Source of the DNA: Raja brachyura
Lineage: Eukaryota
Length of the DNA stretch: 64,000 nt
Reading direction: 5' to 3'
NCBI GenBank assembly: GCA_963514005.1
Contig: OY740783.1
Span: forward strand, 46,376,001 to 46,440,000
This document shows, one piece after another, positions 1 through 10,905 of this stretch. A model generated the notes under the pieces. It did not search any database. It was not told where the DNA came from and was given only the letters and a program-made list of their open reading frames with translations. Each line of letters begins with the position of its first letter. The first letter of the stretch is position 1. The position numbers were made by a program, and so were the translations under genes.

Positions 1-10
1 AATGCCGGGG

Positions 11-356
11 CTACCTGAAGTGAGGGAAATCAATATTCATACCACTGGGCTGCAAGCTGCCCAAGCGAAATATGAGATGCTGTTCCTCCAATTTGCATTT
101 AGCCTCACTTTGACGATGGAGGAGACGGAGGACAGAAAGGTCTGTGTAGGAATGGGAAGGGGAATTAAAGTGTCCAGCAACGGGGAGATCAGATTGGTTC
201 ACGCGGGCTGAGCGAAGGTGTTCTGTGAAACGATCGCCCAGTCTGCGTTTGGTCCCGCCGATGTATAAGAGTCCACATCTTGAACAACGGATACAGTAGA
301 CGAGGTTGGACGAGGTGCAATTTAACCTCTGCCTAACCTGAAAGGACTGTCGGGGT
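11..356 (-). mobile_element. Penelope-like retroelement fragment, GIY-YIG endonuclease C-terminus
   Basis: Minus strand translates as ...NCTSSNLVYCIRCSRCGLLYIGGTKRRLGDRFTEHLRS...PVAGHFNSPSH...EQHLIFRLGSLQPSGMN. This carries the VY-x-CxxC-x-YIG, R/EH and N motifs of the Penelope GIY-YIG domain. Confidence 0.85.
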
Positions 357-842
357 CAATTTAAGATATTGTTGTCTTAAATTGACAGAGTCATTTTAAA
401 ATATTGTTGTCCATGAACCAGGCAGTGAATCAGCCACTTTTTATGTTTCTGGTGTGGGACTTCAACCGACTTATTATTCAACTCTCTGAGATACCTGCTG
501 CTGAAAACATTTTGTTGATCTCAGCAGAACTTACAACAGCTTCAGCTGCAACAGTATGAGACAGTTCCCAAAAAACACCTGAATTAAAAATTCTTTATCA
601 CCAAGTTACATGCAGATGGTATCCAGATCCAGGTGAATACTTGGCCAATAAACTTACTTACTTACTTACATAGGTGTATAAGATCATGAGATCTTTGGAG
701 GTAAAGGGATAGTCAATGTTTTTAACTCATATCCCAAAACACAAAACACAAATCATCTCATTGCCTCCACATATGCTGGTCAACTTGACTGGCTCAGTTC
801 CTCCAGCAGTTTGCTTTTTGTTCAACTTTTCCCCTTTATTAC

Positions 843-905
843 TTAAGCCTCACCTCTATAGTATCACCTTAATCCTCACCTCTATAGTATCACCTTAAGC
901 CTCAC
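843..905. repeat. 26-bp tandem duplication (about 2.4 copies)
   Basis: TTAAKCCTCACCTCTATAGTATCACC repeated in tandem. Confidence 0.85.
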
Positions 906-1040
906 TAGTATTCTCTTCTATGTTTGAAGAGCTAATGTCAGTAACTGTCTGGACTTCTTTGTGGATTTTAGATTTTCTACTCTTGATCAGTTTAAAATTA
1001 AATTAATGTACTCTCAGAATATAATTGCAATCTATTTCAG

Positions 1041-1055
1041 AGTTATATCTGAAAG
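1041..1055 (+). CDS. Candidate 15-nt coding microexon of an unidentified plus-strand gene
   Basis: tctatttcag|AGTTATATCTGAAAG|gtaagg has consensus acceptor and donor and a length divisible by 3. Read phase 1-1 it gives x-L-Y-L-K-(G) and joins in frame to 2709. Confidence 0.4.
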
Positions 1056-1842
1056 GTAAGGAAATTCTTTCCACTTCAGTGGATCTCCAGACAACTCCAA
1101 TACAGATTTAATTCAACAGCAGTACAGATATCATGAGGATATGAACGCTGGATTCATTGGCTTGCGGACGATATCCCTCTGAAGATGGCTTCCAGGAGAT
1201 TGACATTAGAAATGCTCTTAGTGTCTCAAACTAGATTTGCTGTCCTGCCAGGTATTCTTGTTGCCTGGCAACATAATCACCAGAAAGGTGATGTCAGCTG
1301 CTCTGGATGTTAACAAGCTTATTATTTATCCATCACCACGCCATAATCAGTGATTTATAGATATCCCATTGCACCTTCAGTGTAAATGAAATAATCTGCT
1401 TGTTTGCCTTAAATGCACCTTTGAGTGAACTTCTCCAGATGCAGCCGAGCATGAAATTGCTCAATGTAAAAAGCCTGACTTTCCTGGTGCAAATGTGCAG
1501 TCAGTAATGTCAGCCGCGTGCTTCCTTATCTCAGTAATTCTCCTTCAAGGAGGATTGCATGACCATGGTCGAACCAAAATAAATGTATTTTTTTACTTCC
1601 CGGAACTGGTTTTAAATCTAGCTTGGGCTAACAGCAAAGCAAATTGTTTCCCTGACACCTGTGCTTACATAGAGTGAGTTGCTAGCATGAATTATATCTC
1701 AATATAAATTGCCGTAATTCGAATTGTATTTGCGTCCAATCTTCTCAAAATTATAGACTGCCATCCCAATCTTCTTATAGCTGCCATTCATGAGCAAAAC
1801 AGCCTGGAGTCTGTTGGAGTAAGGCCCTAAAGCCAAAGGAAT

Positions 1843-2130
1843 GGTGGCGCAGGGGTAGAATTTCAGCGACAGAGACTGTTCTGACTAAAGTGCTGTTTGT
1901 ACGGAATTTGTACCTTTTCCCTGTGACTGCGTTGGTTTTCCCCGGGTGCTCCAGTTTCATCCCACGCTCAAAAGACGTACAGGTTTGTAGGTTAATTTGG
2001 TTTCTGTAAAAATGGTAAATTGTCCCTAGTGTGTAGGATAATGCTCGTGAACGGGGATCACTCTTTGGCACAGACTCGGTGGGCCGAAGGGCCTGTTTAG
2101 ATACAGTATCTTGGAACTGAACTGAACTAT
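1843..2130 (+). mobile_element. tRNA-derived SINE (HE1/V-SINE-like)
   Basis: GGTGGCGCAGGGGTAGA A-box-like head, central GGTTTTCCCCGGGTGCTCCAGTTTC.TCCCAC core, CR1-like tail GGGCCGAAGGGCCTGTTT and (GAACT)n end. Several homologous copies in the window. Confidence 0.8.
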
Positions 2131-2708
2131 AGAAAGAGAAAGATGGGAGTCTTCCAATGCATCCAATTAATCTTTGTAGGCCATAGACTTGGTCGCAGAC
2201 CTAGTATGTCTGTGAAAGTAAACATATGATTTATTTGTCAAACTCTCTTCTCTCTTTGTTTTTTGCTTTGGATGCAGTCATTCGAAGCTTGACAAATTAC
2301 TATCGGCCATTGTAGGCTTCCTTGTCTGCAGTATCTTGCCTGAATCCCCTTGTGATTTCCTATCCCCTGCTTGGCATCCATTCCCAACCACCAAAGTCTC
2401 ACTCTTTGATTAAAACAGGAATATATAGATTTATAATATGGGGAAGTTATTTCAAGTAATGGTATGAGAGATGGGACTATTAGCTCACAAATATTCTATC
2501 TATGAAGAGCTGAGTTAAATTTCACCTAACCTAAAATTTCAGTGGCCAACATAATCAAAATAATCAACAGATTTTGATTGCAGAACTTCTCTAATATCTC
2601 CACATTGTGATGAACAGTTTCTGGATACTGACTTTCCTTGCCATTCGCTATATTCCAACCGTTGCAGTTATCGGGCGGCTGTACTGTTTATTTTCTGTGT
2701 TTTCCTAG

Positions 2709-2773
2709 GAGGTAACCAATTAACAGCATCTCTGGCACTGCTTGCCCTCTGCTGTCTGGCAATCAGCGGTTGA
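2709..2773 (+). CDS. Candidate terminal coding exon with a hydrophobic C-terminal (GPI-signal or tail-anchor-like) peptide
   Basis: Strong polypyrimidine acceptor tttattttctgtgttttcctag. Phase-1 reading is (G)GNQLTASLALLALCCLAISG-stop (TGA 2771-2773), followed by AT-rich UTR-like sequence. Confidence 0.45.
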
Positions 2774-3027
2774 ATTTCGATTACCTTCAAATCCAACTGT
2801 TTTCTTGTCAAATATGGTGTTCCTTAATTGGAAAATTTCATAGGAAGATTGACAACTTTGATATTTGATTTGTACCAAAAGCGCACGTAAGACATTGCTC
2901 AACTGATTTTACATATACTTATACAAACAAGAAAGAAATATCATATTTTTATATGAGCCAAATCAAAGTGACACGTATTACAAAGATGTACACAAAGAGA
3001 ACTGCAAATTATGCAATCTTGTATCGA

Positions 3028-3155
3028 ACACAAAGTGCTGGAGTAACTCAGTGGGTCAGTGAGCATCATTACAGAACATGGATCGGCGACGTTTCGGGTT
3101 GGGATACTGCTTGCTGCCAGACCTGCTCAGTTACTCCAGCAATTTGTGTTCTACA
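3028..3155. mobile_element. Penelope-type short palindromic repeat (deleted copy)
   Basis: ACACAAAGTGCTGGAGTAACTCAG ... CTCAGTTACTCCAGCAATTTGTGT inverted arms; same family as 18969-19209 and 20548-20763. Confidence 0.65.
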
Positions 3156-3185
3156 TATTTCAGGCGTTTCTTTTAATGAACCTTT

Positions 3186-3472
3186 AAACATAGAAACATA
3201 GAAAATAGTGCAGGAGTAAGCCATTCGGTCCTTCAAGCCAGCACCGCCATGCAATATGATCATGGCTGATCATCCAAAATCAGTACCCTGTTGCTGCTTT
3301 CTCCACATATCCCTTGATTCCATTAGCCCGAATAACTATATCTATCTCTCTCTTGAAAACATCCAGTGAATTGGCCTCCACTGCTTTCTGTGGCAGAGAA
3401 TTCCACAGATTCACAGCTCTCTGGGTGAAAATGTTTTTCCTCATCTCAGTCCTAAATGGCCTACCCTTTATT
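3186..3472 (-). mobile_element. CR1 LINE 3' end
   Basis: (CATAGAAA)n 8-bp tail, plus 3'UTR and ORF2 end homologous to 45230-45530. Confidence 0.85.
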
Positions 3473-3594
3473 CGTTCATTAAAGAATGGAGATAAATCAT
3501 AACTACAAGATGGTTTTAGAAAGCTACCGATAAACTTGGTTAGTTTGCTATACAGGTACCTCCTGCATTACAGGATGAGGGGTGTTTAGATTTA

Positions 3595-4335
3595 AGGTTC
3601 ATAAGGTTCATTTATTGTCACATACACCAATTGGTGTAGTGAAATTTCACTGGCCAGGTCAGTCATACAATTTAGAAAAGCCACAGACTCACAAAACCAC
3701 ATTTTAACATAAACATCCATCACAGTGACTCCTACACATTCCTCACTGTGATGGAAGGCGAAATAAAGTTCAAGTCCTTCCCTTTTTGTTCTTCCTTGGT
3801 CGGGGGCCTCGAGCCCCCCGTTGACGGGACTGTCTTGAGTCCCGTAGCCGACGGCTTTTGGACCCTCCGCGTCAAGGTGTTCTGCTCCCGCATCGGGAGG
3901 ATGTCAGCTCCCCCGCGTCGGGCGATCGAACCTCGCGTCGTGGCTAGACGAACCTTCTGCGGTGTTGGAGCTCCCGACTATTCTCTCCCGAGACTGAGCC
4001 CTTGATGGTAAGTCCGCAGGACGCGGTGGGAGCGATCCCAGGCAATGGATCCGCTCCGATGGTAAGTCTGCACCCGCAGTGGGGCTCACGATAGTCCGAG
4101 GCGGCTTTTCAACTCCATCGATGGTAGGCCGCAGAGCCCGGCGAATGTGATCCGAAACGTGATCACATCTCCGGGAAAGTAAGAACCTGAAAAAAAAAAT
4201 CCTCCCTCCCCCCACATAAAACAAACAGAAGTACATTAAAACAAACTTTAAACAAACGCTAAAAATAACAAGATGGATGAAAAACCAAACAGACTGTCGG
4301 CAGAGCTGCCATCTCCCTCCTCCGGCGCCCCCTAG
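3595..4335 (-). mobile_element. Putative non-autonomous LINE-derived retroposon (GC-rich body, L2/Rex-like tail)
   Basis: On the minus strand it starts CTAGGGGGCGCC...ATGGCAGC, has a CpG-rich body, and ends TGTGACAATAAATGAACC like the tails at about 20160 and 57885. No coding homology recognised. Confidence 0.4.
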
Positions 4336-4339
4336 ACAC

Positions 4340-5275
4340 AGTGTAGAGTTTAGAGTTTAGATTTGAAGGATAGAGGGTACAACATATAGTGCAAGATAAA
4401 GTCTGATACAGTCTGACTAAGGTTAATTCAAAAGTCTCTAATAGGGTAGATGGGAGGTATTACCGCACTCCAGCTGATGCAAGGACCCATTCAGTTGCCT
4501 GATAACAGCTGGGAAGAAAATATCCCTGAACCTGGAACAAAGATTTTTCTAAATTGCTGTACATCTTGCCTGATGGGAGAGGGGAGAAGAGGGAATGGGA
4601 GGGTGAGACTGGTCCTTGCTTATCCTGGTGGCCTTGCCGAAGTACGTGTGCTGTAGATGGAGTCAATGGAATGGAGGTTGCTTTGTGTGATGGTCTGGGC
4701 AATGTCGACAACTCTGCAATTTCGTGTGGTCTTGGATGGAGCTGTTCCCAAACCAAGCTGTGATGCATCCCAATAAAATACTTTGTAAGACGTATATGTA
4801 GACGTTGGTGATGGTTGTTAGGGACATGCTAAACTTCCTAAGCTTTCTAAGGAAATAAAGATGTCAGTGTGCTTTATTGGCCACAGCTACAATTTGACTG
4901 GGCCAGGACAAATTGCCAGTGATACTTTTTCCTCAGAACTTGAAGCTTTCAACCATCTATACTTCAGCACTGTCAATGTATACCTAGGTGCATGTAGACA
5001 AATAGGCAACGTTTCGGGCCGAAACCTTTCTTCAGCCAACCCTAGATGCATGTACTGCTTCGTTTCCAGAAATCATTCATAAACTCCTTTGTATGACATT
5101 GAGGGAGAGATTGTTGTTTTGGCACCAAGTTACAAGGTTCTCAATCTCCTTTCCATACTCAATCTCATCATTATTTGTATCTGGTCCACTACAGTCTGCA
5201 AACTTGTTAATTGTGTTGGAATGGTGTTTGGCTACATGCTCATGAGTGTATGAGTATAGTAGGGGGCTGAGAAAA
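4340..5275 (-). mobile_element. Rex1/Babar- or L2-like LINE 3' fragment (degraded)
   Basis: Minus translation AKHHSNTINKFAD...NNDEIEYGKEIENLVTWCQNNNLSLNV (RT C-terminal motif), then a 3' region and a (TAAACTC)n-like tail. Confidence 0.75.
4997..5040 (-). ncRNA. 44-nt insertion consisting of a minimal hammerhead-ribozyme core (Penelope-type), flanked by a 14-bp TSD
   Basis: Minus strand reads GG-CTGAAGA-AAGGT-TTCG-GCCC-GAAAC-GTTG. Flanks are CCTAGGTGCATGTA (4983-4996) and CCTAGATGCATGTA (5041-5054). Confidence 0.6.
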
Positions 5276-5284
5276 GATGGGAAA

Positions 5285-6020
5285 TTTTGGACTGCTTGGA
5301 AACAGGCTCTTTGGCCCAACTTGCCCAGCCCGACCAACATGCTGCATCTACACTCAACTCCCTGCCTGCATTTGGCCCATATCCCTCTACACTTATCTGT
5401 CCATGTACCTGCCCAAATGATTCTTACATGTTGTGGTAGTACCTGCCTCAACTACCTCCCTACCAGCCTTTAGTGTTAAAAAGTTGCCCCTCAGATTCCT
5501 ATTAAATCTTTCCCCGCTCACCTTAAACCTATGTCCTCTGGTTCTCGATTCCCCTACTCTGGGTGAAAGACTCTCATGATCTTACACACCTCCATAAGAT
5601 CACCCCTCATTCTCCTGCACTCCAAGGAATAAAGTTCAGGCCTGCTCAACCTCTCCCTGTAGCTCAGGCCCTCGAGTCCTGGCAACACCTTCATAAATCT
5701 TCTCTGCACCTTTTTCATCTTTCCTATAATGGTGTGAGCGAAACTGAACACAGCACTCTAAACATGGCCTCACCAATGTCTTGTACAACTGTAACATGAC
5801 CTCCCAACTTCTATACTTAATATTCAGACTGATGAAGGTCAATGTGTCAAAAGTCTTCTTGACCTCTCTACCTGGGACGCTATTTTCAAAGAACTATGTA
5901 CCTGCACTCCTAGATCCTTCTGCTTTACAATACTCCTCAGAGCCCTGCCATTCACTGTATAGGTACAGTCCTAATTTGATTTCCTAAAATTCAACACCTT
6001 ACACTTACATATATTAAACT
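5285..6020 (-). mobile_element. CR1 LINE 3' fragment
   Basis: Minus ORFs MLQLYKTLVRPCLECCVQF and KVQRRFMKVLPGLEGLSYRERLSR..YSLECRRMRGDLMEV, followed by 3'UTR. Confidence 0.9.
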
Positions 6021-6671
6021 GCATTGTTTCTCAACCAGTGTTGAGAATTATCAGAGGATGATTTGTCACTAATCCTCACTGATAGTATTTGCCATTCTGT
6101 GCAGGATGTAGATCCTGTGCAGGCAGATAAAATTTGTTTATCTTGGCATCACAGGCATTATAGGCTGAAGGACTGCACAGTTTTATGTTTTCAGCTTAAA
6201 GCAGAGCTGGTTTGTTCTTTTCAGCCAGCTCCTAAGCACACTTGCCAGCAGCAATGATGCTACTGAATGGAGGGATGCTGCAATGATATGGGGAAGGGTG
6301 GAAAGTATTTTTCCCTGGAGGCCAGACGGTACAAAACAAGTTGGTGAAAGGAAGGACCCACAGGGAGAATGTGTTTTGTCCATGGGAAACACACTGTAGC
6401 TGAGGGCTGCAGCAAATAGCTCTTAGCAGTTTAACTTGCAAGTAAGCAGCTGAGAGGAGGAGCATCACAGGAGATTTCAAAAGCAGCTGCTTACGTTCCT
6501 GGGTGACTGCTCCTAGAGGAGTATAAAAGGAAGCAAAGCAGTAGGAGAGCAGTCTATTGGCAGCAGCCAGGTGTTGAGGCAATGTGCAGTGTTTGAGGGT
6601 AAGTGTAGAGGCTTTGACTCAAGAGGCAAAGTGATGTGTTAGAAGGTACGTGTGGGGGCTTTGAGTGGAGT

Positions 6672-6895
6672 CTTTAGTCAGAGGGTGGTGAAATTGTGGA
6701 ATTCATTCCCACAGAAGGCTGTGAAGGCCAAGTCAAAGGCAGAGATTGATAGATTCTTGATTAGTACAGGTGTCGGTGGTTATGGCAGAGAAAGCAGGAG
6801 AATGAGGTTGGAAGACAAAGCTGGATCACCCATGATTGAATGGCAGAGTTGATGGGTCGAATAGCCTAATTCTGCGCCTATAACCTAGAACTTAC
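6672..6895 (+). mobile_element. CR1 LINE 3' end
   Basis: FSQRVVKLWNSFPQKAV...EIDRFL motif followed by a CR1 3'UTR hairpin region. Confidence 0.8.
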
Positions 6896-7499
6896 TGAGA
6901 GGCTAGATGCTGTGTTTGTGTCCACAACAAACAGCAAGTGGACCACCATGATGGGTAAACCTGCACACCAATGTCACAAACATATCTGTTATAATATCAT
7001 CAGTAGAAATGACTACTACAGATTCCTTTGCGAGACAAAACCCCACCTTCATGTCACGAACATCCTCCATCATGATATTTGGACCGAGAACTGTATTTAA
7101 AGGTTCAGATTCAGAACATACAAGGCAACACAAAACTGGGCATTCATGATGCACTGTGGACTATCAGCAAAGGTGTACACCCGTACAATCTGTAATGTCA
7201 GGGCCCAAAATATTCCTCATATTATGAATACTATCAAGCCAGGGGATCAACTCTGATTCAAGGAGGATGTGGAAGGGCATGCCAGAAAAGCTGGGTTACT
7301 TGAGCTGCTGTCTTAGTGTAGGAGGTTCAATCCAAACCTCTGAAATTGTCTGTATGATGTTTGTACGTTCTCTCGATGACGATGTGGGTTTCCCCTAAAT
7401 TTTCTGTTCTTCCCGCATCCCAATGTGGCTTGTCAGGTTCATGACATGCTGTAAATACCCTTCATGTGTGCATAGAACTTAATATCACAGAAACAAGCC

Positions 7500-7970
7500 C
7501 TTTTTTCCAGGGTGGAAATGTTCACTTCAGTTTTAGTTTCTTGTCACGTGTACTGAGGTGCAGTGAAAAGCTTTTGTTGTGTGCTAACTGGCAGCGGAAA
7601 GACAATACATGATTGCAATCAAGCCATTCACAGTGTACAGATACATGATAAGGGAATAAGATTTAATGCAAGGTAAAAATGTGAAACACTAGATGGCATA
7701 GCTTTAAGGTGAGAAGGGCAAAGTTTGAAGGAGATGTGCAGGCATGTTTTGTTTTACACAGAGGGTGGTGGGTGCCTGGAACACGCTGTCAGGAGTAGTG
7801 GTGGATACAGATAAAATTGTGGTGTTTAAGAGGCTTTTAGATAGGCACATGGATATGTAGGGAATGGAGAGGTATGCATCACGTGTTGGCAAATGTGATT
7901 AATTTAGCTTGGCATCATGTTTGGCGCAAACATTGTGAGTCATAGGGCTGTACTTTTCAATGTTTCCATG
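7500..7970 (+). mobile_element. CR1 LINE 3' end interrupted by a minus-strand LINE tail (about 7525-7675)
   Basis: TTTACACAGAGGGTGGTGGGTGCCTGGAAC (FTQRVVGAWN) plus 3'UTR. The inner segment is the reverse complement of the tail at 57750-57900. Confidence 0.7.
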
Positions 7971-8899
7971 TTCCACATTTTAGCCCCATGGTGTCTTTTT
8001 CAAAATTATGTTAATTAATTTCTTGTTCCTTGTATTTAAATAGCACCTTAAAAATCACAAAATATCTCTATGACTTACCCAAGTATTTTCTAGTGAAAAA
8101 AATCACTCAGCCCTAAGGAAATATTAAAAAAAAGATGTTCATAAAGCCTGGTCAAATAAGTAAGTCAGAAGGATCATTTGAGTTGCCATTAGGTCTTGGG
8201 ACAAGAATAAAAAACATATCAGGACTGGTCCTGCCCCTGGTTACACTTCCTACAGCACTGAAAGTCCCTGAGAAACAAAAAAAAATCTCAAAATTGACAA
8301 GTACTTGATTAGTACGGGTGTCAGGAGTTATGGGGCAAAGGCGGGAAAATGGGGGTTAGGAGGGAGAGATAGATCAGCCATGATTGAATAGCGGAGTAGA
8401 CTTGATGGGCCGAATGGCCTAATTCTACTACTATCACTTATGACCGTATGACGTTTTAGTTTTAATACCGATTCAAATTTGACAATTTCACTGAAATATG
8501 CTAAAGTGATTAATTTGCTGCCAATAACTTGTTTGAAGTCCACACCAAGAATATTTCGACAAGAATTGGAAGGATTTATTGCTCTGCTCTCCACCTGTAA
8601 TCTGTGCATGTTTGACGATCTGTTTCTAGAATATCATATTGTCTTGCTGCTACTATATTATTACTTAAATACATTTGACAACAAATTCTCAGGCAATAAT
8701 AATAATAATTGTCTTATCAGCTAAAGCGAGAACTAGCAAGCATTCCATGTCTGCTTTCTATACGTTTGCTAAGATGAATGGATAATTGTAAAGTCTGGAC
8801 ATGTTAGCTTACACAGTAAAGAATAAAGGCATGGGTTCAAAATTCCAGCAAAGTAACCTGAAGAAAGGCAGCAGAAAGGCAGCAGGGGAAAAAATGTAA

Positions 8900-9205
8900 T
8901 TGCATGCTAATGTGTCCAATATCAATAGCAGGGAAATTATTGGAAAATAGTCTAAGGTATTGGATTAATCTACATCAAAGATAGTTAACATAGTTTTGTT
9001 AAAGGGGAATATGTCAAATTCCATTGCATTTTTGAACCAGTAACAAAGTCTATCGATGAGTGCAAAGCAGTTGATGAAGTCTACACAGACTTCAGTAATG
9101 CTTTTGACAGGGTTCCACATGGAAGGCTTGTCCTGCCTTTGGGGTCCAGAGGAAGTTGGTAAATTTGTTCCAATGGCTTGGTAATAGGAAAAACAGGGTA
9201 ACCGG
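8900..9205 (+). mobile_element. Old CR1 ORF2 (RT) fragment
   Basis: Translates as VDEVYTDFSNAFDRVPHGRL...QWLGNRK, matching VYLDFxKAFDKVPH. Confidence 0.75.
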
Positions 9206-9370
9206 GTTTGCTTTGGAGGGTGGGGGGAAACCGGAGCACCTGGAGAAAACCCATGCAGTCACAGGGAGAGCGTACAAACTTCGTACAGACAGCACCGGTA
9301 GTCAGGATCGAACCGGGTTCTCTGGTGCTGTAAGGCAACAACTCCACTGCTGCGTCACTGTGCCGCCCTT
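9205..9370 (-). mobile_element. tRNA-derived SINE (5' half)
   Basis: Reverse complement of the SINE head and core seen at 1843-2130. Confidence 0.8.
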
Positions 9371-9569
9371 CTGAGATATTATACTGAGAGAATCCACAGA
9401 GCCATTGTCTGGTGATGCAGATTCAGCAGGCACCGCCCTACAATTTTAATTATATGGAAAGGACAACTCTCTGTAAAGAAATACAATTTTGCATGGAAAT
9501 TATAGTTTTCCTGTTTGATTCAAAGTAGGGAGAAAATAAAATAATTCACTACTATTTTCCACCACTGTA

Positions 9570-10230
9570 ACAGCTGTTAATGAGGATTGGTGAAGGACGA
9601 TTTAATGGTTGTATTGAAAGATTCTGTGAAGTTTGTAAGCCACAGTTTGTGAGACAAGTAAAAATCTTCATCTGAGAAGCTGGAGAGATGTAAACATCCT
9701 TTATCCTTTAGATCTCGAAGACAGATAAAATACACTAATTGCACAGACTTACAATCCTGTCTCTCAAGTATTATGAGTGAGCCAGCGTGGCTTACTGAGA
9801 TGAAAATTTATTTTACAAAAGCTACTAATTGGATAGAAACAGCACTGCTGCAGCAGAGATTGGAAACAAGATCAATGCCATGGTGAAGAGGGGTATTCAG
9901 GTAATTGCATCTGTCGTCCATACAAATCCAAACCTCTTCCTCACAGCTCCAAATTGGCTTGTGCATCCTCAAAGGATAAAAGATCTACAAAATTAAGGAA
10001 AAGTTACAGAAATATTCACATGATCTGAGGAGTTATTTGTAAATCAATTAATTAGATATTGGATTCAGTGGAAAAATGGGTCATCACCTGCCAACATATT
10101 CAATAACTTTTTTCCATCAGGTAACAATACACTACCTTGAGAAAGGATTTTCAACACTTTTAATTGTTCATTTTAAGAATTCAAGTGGTTGACTGTTCAT
10201 GAATGATAATCATCATGTCCTTGAAGTGGT
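9570..10230 (+). pseudogene. Possible ancient hAT (Charlie/Buster-like) transposase relic
   Basis: Fragments DLMVVLKDSVKFV (about 9598) and YLEKGFSTLLI (about 10134) resemble the hAT LxxVLxxxVKxVN and TTYLCExGFSxL motifs in the expected order. Heavily disrupted. Confidence 0.3.
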
Positions 10231-10905
10231 CCATCACTGTTGGAGAGCCTGCTATGAGGTATTGTCCAGGATGTCTCGGCTGTTGGAGAACTGATTAGTT
10301 ACCTGACCAAACATTACTGACTTCCAATGAGGAAAGCTGTGCTTGAGCACAAAATAACAATTACTTTAAATTTGCAGAAAATATGTTAATGCATTCAGTT
10401 TCCATGATGGAATAATATCACTGACCTCCACACCAGTAGAATATTAATAGCGAATGACTCAAACCTGCTGATTAAATTTCTTCAGCAATATATGTGGTGT
10501 GTCTTATTCTACCAGAATGGATTTGGCTCACTTATGCAGGGTTTGCATTGAATAATCACATCCCTTTATACAATCTAAAAGCACTCGGAGTAAGTGCATG
10601 ATAATAAAATAGCAAAATGGTGATCCATCTGCCACACTGATACATTAGTACAGTAGGACACTCTATTTCCATTTCCATTTGATTTAAAATACTATTTACA
10701 CCATTTACATGGCAGATGTAGAAATTGGAAAATGTAACACATTTGGGCAATGTCCAATCAACTTATTGACGTGCGGTACCTTGGAATGGAAATAAAATTG
10801 TCAGAGGAATATGCTCTATTGAAACAGAATAACTAATGTATTTAGAAGATAGACACAAAATGTTGGAGTGAAGGGGCTGTCCCACTGTACGAGCTAATTC
10901 AAGAG

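Noticed and set aside
1495-1680. ORF ending CAYIE with a following GTGAGT donor (ecto-ADP-ribosyltransferase-like ending)
   Set aside because: No convincing acceptor or ART catalytic motifs, and the donor phase does not fit the 2709 exon.
1843-1920. tRNA genes at SINE heads
   Set aside because: Only degenerate A/B boxes with no cloverleaf; they are parts of SINEs.
2709-2711. 3-nt microexon GAG (ag|GAG|gtaacc)
   Set aside because: Weak donor; the read-through frame gives a coherent hydrophobic C-terminus and stop.
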